Below, piece by piece: positions 24,301 to 37,161 of a DNA stretch of 64,000 nucleotides (position 1 is the first letter of the stretch; each line of letters begins with the position of its first letter). The notes under the pieces are model-generated. The model was not told the origin of the DNA and did not search any database. It saw only the letters and a program-made list of their open reading frames with translations. Source of the stretch: Eledone cirrhosa (lineage: Eukaryota). Made by a program: the position numbers and the translations under genes. The DNA lies in the NCBI GenBank assembly GCA_964016885.1, contig OZ024743.1, positions 217,682,001 to 217,746,000 on the forward strand, in the 5' to 3' direction.

Positions 24301-25500
24301 GATATCAACCAAATCTTGTCCTAGCCAGTCAGCATTCATCTCCCCAGTGGCCGTATCTCTGTTCCAGGTATTATTTATCTCAGCATTCAGATAATTGTCT
24401 GCTTCGGGTGGTTCCTCCGTTCTCTCGACCTCTTCACCTTCATTTCCCACTGGCTCGTTTGCCTGGCATACTCCACTCTCCATCTCCAAGCTAATCTCTC
24501 TGCTCAGTTCCTCCAGTTCCAGCTCGCTTATCCACCCATTAGTTCTTATTACCCGAGCCTGCCCGGCCAGTTTTTGTTCATCTAATTTAAATGGACCAAT
24601 CTCGTTCCAGATGTTATGCATCCTTTTCCTATAGCCTTTCTCCTTGGGGTTACTCTTCAGGTAACATTGCATAACAGTTCTATTCAATTCTTTCGTCCAG
24701 TTGGTTCTGGTCCCTTTCCTTCTTCTTCTTCCTCCGACAACAGCAGTATTTGGTTGACAACCAGGTCCCTGCTGCTGAGCCAGGAAGCACTTGTTGGGTG
24801 AGAGTCTGTCACATGAAATTCTAGTCCCCATTTCACCGTTATTCGAACTGTTTAGGTTCGACATTTAAACACTCTTATCGAGGATTGGCGAATGTATGGT
24901 TACATAACCACCGGTGAATTACTTGTCTCCGGTGGTTTTGTCACTCCACGTGACTTTTGTGTGACATTATCACGCTGTAGACGAACCCAAATAAACAAAC
25001 AAACAGGCATAAAAAACCCCAAAAATGAATAAGCATAAGTTTCATTGTAATGTAGTGTTTGAATGTCTGACTTAGTTTGTCCCTTCCCTTCTCTATCCGT
25101 CCGTTTGTTTTTCTCTTCATTTTTATTTCCTTTACGTTTTTCGCTGTTGATGTGCTGCTTTGATTGTGATTTTTTTATTTTTTTTATTTTGACCGGGTCA
25201 TCAATTCAGTCTGTTTATATATTTTGATGCCTTCCTCTTTTAGTGAGAATTCTACAATGTAGCAGGGGATAGAGGGAGAGAATAGCGGTGGTAGTGACAA
25301 TGAGGCAGCGACGGCGGCGGCGGTGGTGGTGCTGTGCCAGCAGCAAATAGCAGGAGGTAGTGGGAGAGAATAGCGGCGGAAGCGATAATGAGGCAGCGGC
25401 GGTGGCGATGTGGTCGTATTACTGTAGCGATGGTGTTGAAGATGGAGTAGACATTTGAGTCGATTTGACCAGAGTTTTCATCGTGGCAGTGGTGGTGGTA
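21369..25500 (-). mobile_element. R4/Dong family A copy 2, near full length, more diverged subfamily, disrupted
   Basis: ORF pieces 24184-24864, 22918-24126, 22183-22638 and 21457-22146 are collinear with 3166-6558; 5' UTR homology extends to about 25500. Confidence 0.92.
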
Positions 25501-25604
25501 TTGGTGGTGATATTATCTTTAGTGAAATTATCATTAGTCGCGTATATGTGTTGACATATTCACCTTAATATTGGAATTAAACATTTTGTTAAAACTAAAA
25601 CTTG

Positions 25605-25667
<63 letters not shown>

Positions 25668-27712
25668 GTTATTGTTATTCCTTGAATCTCAGTCATTGAT
25701 GTTGGTTAACTGGAAAGTCCGTTGGATTGAATATCAAGCCACTACCTGCAGCCTCAGATATTCAGGACGTATCGGAGGGTTCTTGCTGTTCCAAGCAAGC
25801 ATGCCTTCTGAGGCGTTCCAAAAAGCGTGAAGGGGCCGATTTTCTTTAACCATCCCTGGAAACTTTTGGAGATAGTCCCCAGTGCGCCTATGACAATCGG
25901 GATCACTTTGACTTCATGGCAGTTCCAAATCCTTTTCACCTCCCACTTTAGGTCCTGGTATCGGTTAATTTTCTCCCTCTCCTTCTCTTGCACTCTCGTG
26001 TCGAACGGGCAGGCCACATCCACAATCAGGCACGATCTTTTTTCTTTGTCCACAACCACCAGGTCAGGTCCATTGTGTTCCAGTTTTTTGTCCGTCTGTA
26101 TCCTAAAATCCCACAGCACCTTCACCTGATTGTTCTCCATCACCGCCTCTGGCCTATGCTCATACCATTTCTCAGAATGTGGTAAATTGTTTACTTTGCA
26201 CAGGTGCCAGTGGATCACCCTGCCCATCACATCGTGTCTCCAGCCCTTATGGTGGGTCTGGGCTAGGTGTTTACACTCGGACACAATGTGAGCCACAGTC
26301 TCCTCTCTCTCTCCACAGATCCTGCACAGTGGGCTAGCCTCCTCCTTGTAGATATGGTGCTTCAACCACTTCGTTTTGAGGGCCTGCTCCTGCGCAGCCA
26401 TTACCATTCCTTCTGTAGCCTTTTTGAGGTCTCCTCTTCTCAACCAGTTCCATGTCTGTGGATCTCTAAATTCAGTTTTCTCAAAGAAGGTACTATGAAG
26501 GGATTTTCCCTTAAGGCTGCTCTTCCTCCTTGATGTTAATTCCTCCTTGGACATCCCCTGGCCTACTGTCCCCTCCTTCAGTACAGTTCTGAGCATTGGC
26601 TCCTTACTATAGGTCACGTATTTGTATAGGTTGTTTTTCTCCATCTGAACACAGTCCTCTATGCTGATAAGACCTCTTCCACCCTCAGATCTCCTTAGGT
26701 AGAGTCTATCGACATCACTCCTCTCGTGGAACATGTTGTAGATAGTCAATAGCTTCCTAGTCTTCCTATCCATTTCTTTTTGTTCAGCAACATTCCATCT
26801 CAGAATTCCCGCACTGTACCTAATAATAGACACAGCTCGGGAATTTACTGCGCTTATGGCATTTCTGCTGTTCAGATGTGACTTCAATACGCTCCTTACT
26901 CTCCGAATGTATTCAGTTCTTAACAATTCCTTCATTTTTTTGTTCTTTATGCCATCAGCCTCCAGAACGCCCAAATACTTGTATCCTTCCTCAGAGTCAA
27001 TTTCCTTTATCATCTCACCTGTTGGTATCTGGATCCCGTTACTTCTGCTCAACCTACCCCTCTTCATCACAATGACTCCACATTTACCAATACCAAACTG
27101 CATACATATATCACTGCTGAAAATACGGACAGTGTCAACAAGCACATTCAACACCTTCTCACTCTTCCCGAAGAGCTTAAGATCGTCCATGAAGAGGAGG
27201 TGATTGATGGTAAGCTCTCCCCTTCCCAACTTGTATCATGCTCTCACTTTTCGCAGCATAATGGTCAAGGGCATCAGGGCAAGGACAAACAACAGAGGGG
27301 ACAGGCTATCTCCCTGGAAGATACCTCTCTTGATCTTCACGCTTCCCAAGGATACTCCAGTTGATGTCAACTCTGTCTCCCAGGACCCCATACTCCTGCC
27401 TAGCAACTGTCTGATGTTATCTGCCACCCTGAAGATCTCCAGGCTTTTGGTGATCCAGGAATGAGGCACCATGTCAAATGCCTTTCTGTAGTCTATCCAT
27501 CCCATGGCAAGATCAGTGTGTCTCCTCCTGCAATTCCCCATTACCATCTTATCAATAAGTAACTGGTCCTTTGTACCACGTGACTTCTTTCGGCATCCTT
27601 TCTGTTCGTCCGGTAACAAGTTGTTTGTGTGGAGGTGATGGTAGATTTCCTCAGACACAATGCTCGTCAACAGTTTCCACATTACGGACAGACATGTGAT
27701 AGGTCTATAGTT
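25668..27712 (-). mobile_element. R4/Dong family A copy 3, 3' half only, inverted and fused to copy 4
   Basis: Begins at NYRPITCL; one in-frame stop at about 27236; complete 3' end running into (AAT)n at 25605-25667. Confidence 0.92.
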
Positions 27713-30700
27713 GGCAAAAAACGAGAAAAACAAACAGAGAAAAACAAAAAAAAAAAACAAAAAAAAAAACGTAAAGAAAATAAGAATGAAGAGAGAAGCA
27801 GGCGGACGGACAGAGAAGAGGGGGGAAAAACTAAAACTTAAAAAACAAAAACTAAGTCAGACATTCGAACACTACATTACAATGAAACTTATGCTTATTC
27901 ATTTTTGGGGCCCTTTCTGCCTGTGTGTTTGTTTGTTTATGTGTGTTCGTATACAGCGTGGTGATAATGCCACACAAGGGCCAAGTGGAATGGCGGATCC
28001 ACAGATGGATATGTAACCATACATTCGCCAATCCTCGATAAGAGTGTTTAAATATCGAACATAAACAGTTCGAATAACGGTGAAATGGAGACTAGAAGGT
28101 CATGTGACAGACTCTCACCCAATAGGTGCCCCCTGGCTCAGCAGCAGGAACCTGACTGTCAACCAAATACTGCTGATGTTGGAGGAAGGAGAAGAAGGAA
28201 AGGGGCCAGAACCAACTGGACGAAAGAATTGAATAGAACTGTTATGCAATGTTACCTGAAAAGTAACCCCAAGGAGAGGGGCTACAGGAGACGGATGCAT
28301 AACATCTGGAACGAGATTGGTTTATTTAAATTAGATGAACAAAAATTGGCCGGGCAGGCTCGGGTAATAAGAACTAATGGATGGATAAGCGAGCTGGAAC
28401 TGGAGGAACTGAGCAGAGAGAATGGCTTGGAGATGGCGGGTGTAGTATGCCAGACAAGCGAGCCAGTGGGAAATGAAGGTGAAGAGGTCCTGAGAACGGA
28501 GGAACCACCCGAAGCAGACAATGATCTGAATACTGAGATAAATAATACCTGGAACAGAGATACGGCCACTGAGGAGATGAATGCTGACGGGCTAGGACAA
28601 GATTCGGTTGACATCCTAAATTTAGTGGTAGATGAATTGAACAATGATAGTGGGAGACCTATGAACCTAAGATTTGTAGACAGGAAAAAGTTAAAAGAAA
28701 CAACAGCTAAGGTAAACAAAGTCATCCCATACCTTGAGGCGAGGAGCCTTCACCAGTGCAACAATATCCTCAAAGCAACAGCAAATACGGTGAGGAAACT
28801 ACTTGGTATAAAAGCGAGAGGAAACAACAGACAAGAAAGAGCAGAGCCGTGGTGGAAGAAGCGACTGAGTGGGCAAATCGGGGAAATGAGAAATGACATA
28901 GGAAAGCTTGAGTCACTACTGAATGGGACACTAAAAAACATAGGCACTAAAAATAGATTGGAAATAAAATACAAAACTAGGAGGAAAAAGCTAAATATTA
29001 TCATAGAGGAACTGAAGCAACGCATTGTAGCAAAGTGTGCAAAAATCAGGCGATACGAGAACAGAGTCAGTCAGTATAAACAGAACCGCATGTTCGACAA
29101 CAACCAGAAGATGCTGTTTGGACAGCTTGAGGGGAAAGAAAGAGGCAACGACTTGATCCCTGGGGCGGAGCAAACTAAAACATTCTGGAGAGGAATATGG
29201 GAGCAGGATGTTAGACACAATGCCCAGGCAGGGTGGATTGAGACAGTACAGAGGGAGATCGGTGAGCAGGCACAACAACAAACTGATTTGAGTATCACAG
29301 TTGAAACTCTTAAGGGTCAGGCCAAAAAACTAACCAACTGGAAATCACCAGGCCCAGATGGTGTGCAGGGGTATTGGATTAAACATTTAACATCCCTCCA
29401 CCCGAAGCTGACGGCCATGTTCAATGACTGCTTGGTGTCGGGTGAGGTGCCAGAGTGGTTGACAAAAGGTACCACAGTTCTGATAATGAAAGACCGAATC
29501 AAGGGTAATGATGTTACCAACTATAGACCTATCACATGTCTGTCCGTAATGTGGAAACTGTTGACGAGCATTGTGTCTGAGGAAATCTACCATCACCTCC
29601 ACACAAACAACTTGTTACCGGACGAACAGAAAGGATGCAGAAAGAAGTCACGTGGTACAAAGGACCAGTTACTTATTGATAAGATGGTAATGGGGAATTG
29701 CAGGAGGAGACACACTGCTCTTGCCATGTGATGGATAGACTACAGAAAGGCATTAGACATGGTGCCTCATTCCTGGATCACCAAAAGCCTGGAGATCTTC
29801 AGGGTGGCAGATAACATCAGACAGTTGCTAGGCAGGTGTATGGGGTCCTGGGAGACAGAGTTGACATCAACTGGAGTATCCTTGGGAAGCGTGAAGATCA
29901 AGAGAGGTATCTTCCAGGGAGATAGCCTGTCCCCTCTGTTGTTTGTTTGTCCTTTCCCTGATGCCCTTGACCATTATGCTGCGAAAAGTGAGAGCAGGAT
30001 ACAAGTTGGGAAGAGGAGAGCTTACCATCAATCACCTCCTCTTCATGGACGATCTTAAGCTCTTCGGGAAAAGTGAGAAGGAGTTGGATGTGCTTGTTGA
30101 CACTGTCCATATTTTCAGCAGTGATATATGTATGCAGTTTGGTATTGGTAAATGTGGAGTCATTGTGATGAAGAGGGGTAGGTTGAGCAGAAGTAACGGG
30201 ATCCAGATACCAACAGGTGAGATGATAAAGGAAATTGACTCTGAGGAAGGATACAAGTATTTGGGCGTTCTGGAGGCTGATGGCATAAAGAACAAAAAAA
30301 ATGAAGGAATTGTTAAGAACTGAATACATTCGGAGAGTAAGGAGCGTATTGAAGTCACATCTGAACAGCAGAAATGCCATAAGCGCAGTAAATTCCCGAG
30401 CTGTGTCTATTATTAGGTACAGTGCGGGAATTCTGAGATGGAATGTTGCTGAACAAAAAGAAATGGATAGGAAGACTAGGAAGCTATTGACTATCTACAA
30501 CATGTTCCACAAGAGGAGTGATGTCGATAGACTCTACCTAAGGAGATCTGAGGGTGGAAGAGGTCTTATCAGCATAGAGGACTGTGTTCAGATGGAGAAA
30601 AACAACCTATACAAATACGTGACCTATAGTAAGGAGCCAATGCTCAGAACTGTACTGAAGGAGGCGACAGTAGGCCAGGGGATGTCCAAGGAGGAAATAA

Positions 30701-31590
30701 CATCAAGGAGGAAGAGCAGCCTTAAGGGAAAATCCCTTCATAGTACCTTCTTTGAGAAAACTGAATTTAGAGATCCACAGACATGGAACTGGTTGAGAAG
30801 AGGAGACCTCAAAAAGGCTACAGAAGGAATGGTAATGGCTGCGCAGGAGCAGGCCCTCAAAACGAAGTGGTTGAAGCACCATATCTACAAGGAGGAGGCT
30901 AGCCCACTGTGCAGGATCTGTGGAGAGAGAGTGGAGACTGTGGCTCACATTGTGTCCGAGTGTAAACACCTAGCCCAGACCCACTATAAGGGCTGGAGAC
31001 ACGATGTGATGGGCAGGGTGATCCACTGGCACCTGTGCAAAGTAAACAATTTACCACATTCTGAGAAATGGTATGAGCATAGGCCAGAGGCGGTGATGGA
31101 GAACAATCAGGTGAAGGTGCTGTGGGATTTTAGGATACAGACGGACAAAAAACTGGAACACAATAGACCTGACCTGGTGGTTGTGGACAAAGAAAAAAGA
31201 TCGTTTCTGATTTTTGATGTGGCCTGCCCATTCGACACGAGAGTGCAAGAGAAGGAGAGGGAGAAAATTAACCGATACCAGGACCTAAAGTGGGAGGTGA
31301 AAAGGATTTGGAACTGCCATGAAGTCAAAGTGATCCCGATTGTCATAGGCGCACTGGGGACTATCTCCAAAAGTTTCCAGGGATGGTTAAAGAAAATCGG
31401 CCCCTTCACGCTTTTTGGAACGCTTCAAAAGGCATGCTTGCTTGGAACAGCAAGAACCCTCCGATACGTCCTGAATATCTGAGGCTGCAGGTAGTGGCTT
31501 GATATTCAATCCAACGGACTTTCCAGTTAACCAACATCAATGACTGAGATTCAAGGAATAACAACAATAATAATAATAATAATGATAATG
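27713..31590 (+). mobile_element. R4/Dong family A copy 4, partial 5' UTR plus full coding region, disrupted
   Basis: ORFs 28085-29731 (premature TGA), 29759-30058, 29943-30323 and 30301-31482; (AAT)n tail. Confidence 0.93.
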
Positions 31591-32063
31591 ATAAACATTG
31601 AGAAATGTTGTATATTTAATCTTCTCACCTTTTTACTTTATTGTCCTTTCACCTCTCTATATCCACATGTGTGTATGTGTATCTGTGTGTGAGTGTGTGC
31701 GTGTGTGTGCATGCGTGCCTGTGCGTGTGTGTGCGTGTGTAACTTTTTTACACATGAGAAATCTCCTTCCAGAATCTTGCTTTAGCATGTTCAAATATAC
31801 TATTTGAATGATTTTCAAGAAGGTTGATTGTTTTGTAATAAAACCCGTGTTAAAGAGTATGAGAGGGAAATGCAAGAAGTTTGCTTAAACATTGATCTGT
31901 TTACAAAGATTTAGAGAGATATCTTAGCAAAAATGTATGGGCATATTGTCTAGTCTATTTATTTTTTTCTTCACTACATTAGTCTTATTAATGACCAATT
32001 CATATCATATATCTAATATATAAACACTACTAATTCTATAGGATATATATATACTGTATATAT

Positions 32064-32144
<81 letters not shown>

Positions 32145-32293
32145 TATGTAGGTGTGCATGTGTATGTATGCCTACCAACACACAGACATACACACATGTA
32201 TATATGCATCATACTTGCATATACATAAATAAATACAATTACATATATATATATATATATATGTGTGTATGTGTATGTGTGTGTATGTATATA

Positions 32294-32635
<342 letters not shown>

Positions 32636-33086
32636 ACAAGTGGAAGCTTAGTAAATTCGAAGCTTTGGCTGTGGCAACAAAGTCGACCTACAATATTAAT
32701 GAGTTAGCAAAGCACTCAATAAGGGTAATAACATACGTTTAAACACATTGACAAATAGTACATTGTGGTAGGCAAAACCTAACACACAATACCAAAGTAA
32801 CGAAAATACTAACATGATAAAAAGATACACCTGGACACATCAAACGATGTACGTTTAAAGTGTTTCTCTGAATTCGAAATCGATTATCCAACTTACGTAA
32901 CAGACATGCTCTTGGTATTTCATGATCGAACAGAGGATTCATTTCATCAACAGGGAATACGTTCTGCCAAAAATCGGACTGGACGAACTAAATGCTGCTG
33001 CTATACGCCAGCCATCGTACACTTTGTTATCACGTGTTATTTCCAACAAGGGAAGCAACTCCTGGTTTTTATATCCATATATAGTT

Positions 33087-33185
33087 GAAGGCTAAATAGA
33101 GAGTCATGTTACTCTGGAGTTTCGCCTGCTTATCACAGTGGGATCAGACAAGGCGTCTTTTCTCTCGGGCGTCAACTATATATGG

Positions 33186-33190
<5 letters not shown>
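33087..33190. repeat. About 100-bp dispersed repeat, second copy at 34957-35060
   Basis: GAAGGCTAAATAGAGAGTCATGTTACTCTGGAG...GGGCGTCAACTATATATGGATATA occurs twice. Confidence 0.85.
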
Positions 33191-33258
<68 letters not shown>

Positions 33259-33263
33259 TATAC

Positions 33264-33307
<44 letters not shown>

Positions 33308-33776
33308 CGTTTCTGAATTTGTTTACCAAGATTCTTTATCTGAAATCGTGTGTTGAAACCGATATTGTTATACTTTGGGAGGGTCATGTTGCCAATAAGA
33401 AGCACACGCACGAGTTGCTTTCACTTCAATTTATTATAATAAATTTATAATAAATTAATAAATTTATAAATTTCTGGTTGGTTGGTTGGTTCCACAACCA
33501 GATAGTTGTTTATATATTGTCATAGTTCTTTCGTCACACACACTGTGACCTCTTCAGTGACTGGGGATTCCTTTCTTTGTTTCTGTGCCTCTCCTTTGTT
33601 CTGTGTGACGAAAGAACTATGACAATATATAAACAACTATCTGGTTGAGGAACCAACCAACCAACCAGAAATTTATAAATTTATAAATTTATTATAAATT
33701 TATTATAATAAATTGAAGTGAAAGCAACTGGTGCGTGTGTTTCTTATTGGCAACATGACCTTCCCAAAGTATAACA

Positions 33777-33778
<2 letters not shown>
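33308..33778. mobile_element. Fold-back pLTR insertion (family of the 34.3-kb PLE)
   Basis: About 33363-33540 is the reverse complement of about 33602-33778; (TA)n flanks. Confidence 0.85.
33519..33561 (-). ncRNA. Minimal type I hammerhead ribozyme
   Basis: Minus: gtca CTGAAGA g gtcac agtgtgt gtgac GAAA gaac TA tgac. CUA triplet. Decayed copy (GAAA to GACA) at 34730-34772 (+). Confidence 0.8.
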
Positions 33779-33811
<33 letters not shown>

Positions 33812-34124
33812 GAGAGAGAGACAGAGAAGAGAGAGGGAGAGAGAGAGACGTGTGGAGCAAATAGAATCGAATGGTTCCTCCGTCGATTTCGATAATGCAT
33901 ACTACAGTTCTTTGATCAAGTAACCTATGTACTCATTGCCTTATAGAGTATAAGGTTTCAACAGGCACTATTTTTTTGGTAGAGATGTATCAATCTCATA
34001 CATTTGTCACAATTTCCTTCCATACACATTAACTGACAAAGATTGTTTCGAAACGACGCTAAGTCTGTTGATGCGCATAATGGTATAGCTTTTGACATTC
34101 TTAACGACTTGACAAAGCTTGTTT

Positions 34125-34255
<131 letters not shown>

Positions 34256-34927
34256 CGTTTCTGAATTTGTTTAGCAAGATTCTTTATCTGAAAAGGTGTG
34301 TTGAAACACTGGCGAGAGCTTCAAGATAGTAAAGAATCATCTGTACTCCACCAACATGCTAAAATAGAACATCAGGGTAAATTAGAGAACATAGAAATAA
34401 AAATAGAATCTACACACGGAAAAGACGCAATGTTTAGACAAATCACAGAGGCAATAAACATAAATGAACTCCAACCAAAAATTAAATAGAAAACATGAAT
34501 GGAACAGCAACATCACAACTTACAATTAAGGACAAATTGAAATAACACACACACATATAGAACAAAAACCAACCAGTAACATGTAAATAAAGAAATAAAT
34601 AAACAAATATAAACACACACAGACACCCGGATGTAACACACGCGCAAACTAAGCACACAACACACACAAAAACAAGATGGCGTAGGACAGAACAAAGAAA
34701 AGGCACAAAAACAAAGAAAAGAATCCCCAGTCACTGAAGAGATCACGGAATGTGTGACGACAGAACTTTGACAATATATGAACAATCGTCTGGTTGGGGA
34801 ACCAACCAACCAACCGGAAATTTATAAATTCCTAAATTTAGAAATTTAATTTATAATAAATTGAAGTGAAAGCAACTGGTGCGTGTGTTTCTTATTGGCA
34901 ACATGACCCTCCCAAAGTATAACAATA
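34256..34927 (+). mobile_element. PLE 3' end: GIY-YIG C-terminus, 3' UTR and pLTR, with a short inverted piece at its 5' junction
   Basis: HWRE..SSVLHQHAKIEH..IKIE..DAMFRQITEAININELQPKI; 34256-34308 matches 33308-33360. Confidence 0.8.
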
Positions 34928-35060
34928 TATATATATTATTATATATGTAATTGTATGAAGGCTAAATAGAGAGTCATGTTACTCTGGAGTTTCGCCTGCT
35001 TATAACAGTGGGATCAGACAAGACGTCTTTTTTCTCGGGCGTCAACTATATATGGATATA

Positions 35061-35169
<109 letters not shown>

Positions 35170-35224
35170 TATTTATTTATATATTGTATATATATATATA
35201 CATATATATGAATATATGTATATA

Positions 35225-35285
<61 letters not shown>

Positions 35286-35291
<6 letters not shown>

Positions 35292-36428
35292 TAAAATAAC
35301 ATTTTAAAGTTTAGGCAAAGAATCGCTACTTTCACGCTTAACGGGATCTTCTGAAACTAACAAAGTCAATCTGTGAACGCTGAAGTGAATATTTCAAAAA
35401 ACGTTGCAAGCGGAGGAAGACAGGAAGACGGTACTTTGGTTCGTGGAAACGTTCCCTGGCAAAGAACGGGAAAAAACGAATATAATACGCCATTATTTGG
35501 AGCAGTAAAAACAATTACACGCAAAGACAAAACCACGTTTATGGTATAAAAGAAGTCGTAGACTAATATTCTATTTGGTGGTTCATAGAGACGTTCTCTG
35601 GCAATGAAAGGAAAAAAACGAAGATAATTGTTATGTGTATACGTGAGCTTTGAGTCTGTGTGAGTATGCAGGTTCGTACGTATGTAGGGTGTGTGTATAT
35701 GTGTACTTTGTGTTTTGGTTGACGTTCGTCTCCGAATATATGTGTATTCACATGTAGGTGTGTTTGTGCGCTTGTTATATACGTATTTCTTTATTTATAT
35801 ACGTTTATTTAATTATATGTACATATATGGATGCGTGTATGTATTTATTTAATTTCAATAACCTCTGTATTTTATTTACTTTATTCTTAACTCATAAGCC
35901 GAGAATCATTCGGTTTCCTAGTTAGAATGTTGTCTATACCATTTACGTGGTTTTGTCTTTGCCTGCAATTGTTCTCCACGCTCCACATATGACGTATTAT
36001 CTTCGTTTTTTCCTTTCATTGCCAGAGAACGTCTCTATGAACCACCTAATAGAATATTAGTCTACGACTTCTTTTATACCATAAACGTGGTTTTGTCTTT
36101 GCGTGTAATTGTTTTTCACTACTCCAAATAATGATGTATTATCTTCGTTTTTTCCCGTTCTTTGCCAGGGAACGTTTCCACGAACCAAAGTACCGTCTTC
36201 CTGTCTGCCTCCGGTTGACACGTTTTATGAAATATTCACTTCAGCGTTCACAGATTGACTTTGTTAGTTTCAGAAGATCCCGTTAAGCGTGAAAGCAGCG
36301 ATTCTTTGCTTAAACTTTAATATGTTATTTTACTAAATATTTGCCCTACGGTTCTTATATATTTGATATATATTTATCCTTATCGAGCCCTCTTTGGATT
36401 TTAGTCTTCAAATTTATTATTATTACTA
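35286..36428 (+). mobile_element. Long fold-back pLTR insertion of the PLE family whose ORF lies at 61.6-63.3 kb
   Basis: 35286-35630 is inverted relative to about 35995-36340; 35632-36180 matches the reverse complement of about 60700-61430; internal about 120-bp subrepeats. Confidence 0.88.
36266..36316 (+). ncRNA. Variant type I hammerhead (CAGAAGA core)
   Basis: agttt CAGAAGA tccc gtta agcgt GAAA gca gcgattctt tgc TT aaact. Stems I and III pair; stem II is ccc/ggg in the 32.3-kb copy. Confidence 0.65.
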
Positions 36429-36456
36429 TATATAAATATATATATATATAAATTGA

Positions 36457-37120
36457 AACAAAATGAAAACGAAATTTCATTTCTCACTCTTAGTATGGCA
36501 CTTACTTAAATGTAAGTATGCATGTATACGTACATACATATATGTATACAGACGTACAGTAGCATGCACATATATATATATATATATACATATATATATA
36601 CATATGCATACAGGTACACATACATATATGCACGTATCAGTTTAGCGGCGCTTATTATAACGTCGCTTTGTTCGTTTGTAAACAAACTGAACAGCCTGAA
36701 TTTATGCCATACGGTGTTAAGGCAACCACGTCACCTTTTTGTTCAACACTGACACAGGAACGATGTACTAGTTTCAAGCTTGTTAGCTATCATCAGCACC
36801 GTTTACCCATCTGCCAGATAGTTGAACGTTCGAAAGTATATACTTTCCTTATGAAAATTAACGGCTGAGCAGCCTAATTTGCATATTGAGTGAGTTAAAT
36901 CGTTGCCTTAACACCGTATGGCATAAATTCAGGCTGTTCAGTTTGTTTACAAACGAACAAAGCGACGTTATAATAAGCGCCGCTAAACTGATACGTGCAT
37001 ATATGTATGTGTACCTGTATGCATATGTATATATATATGTATATATATATATATATATGTGCATGCTACTGTACGTCTGTATACATATATGTATGTACGT
37101 ATACATGCATACTTACATTT
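36457..37120. mobile_element. Fold-back pLTR insertion (third family; sense-orientation relative at 55290-55820)
   Basis: About 220-bp near-perfect inverted arms 36508-36726 and 36902-37120. Confidence 0.85.
36759..36803 (-). ncRNA. Minimal type I hammerhead ribozyme
   Basis: Minus: aacggtg CTGATGA tagc taacaa gctt GAAAC TA GTA catcgtt. Palindromic ACTAGT stem III, GUA triplet. Confidence 0.85.
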
Positions 37121-37161
37121 ATATATATATATATATGTATTTGTGAATGTGTATATACATA

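Noticed and set aside
33087-33178. Minus-strand GAAACTC-CA-GAGTA hammerhead-like 3' half in the duplicated 100-bp repeat
   Set aside because: No CUGANGA-like core adjacent to the candidate stem II.
35900-36180. CRISPR-like repeat array
   Set aside because: These are about 120-bp degenerate tandem subrepeats of a pLTR with no unique spacers and no cas genes, in a eukaryotic context.
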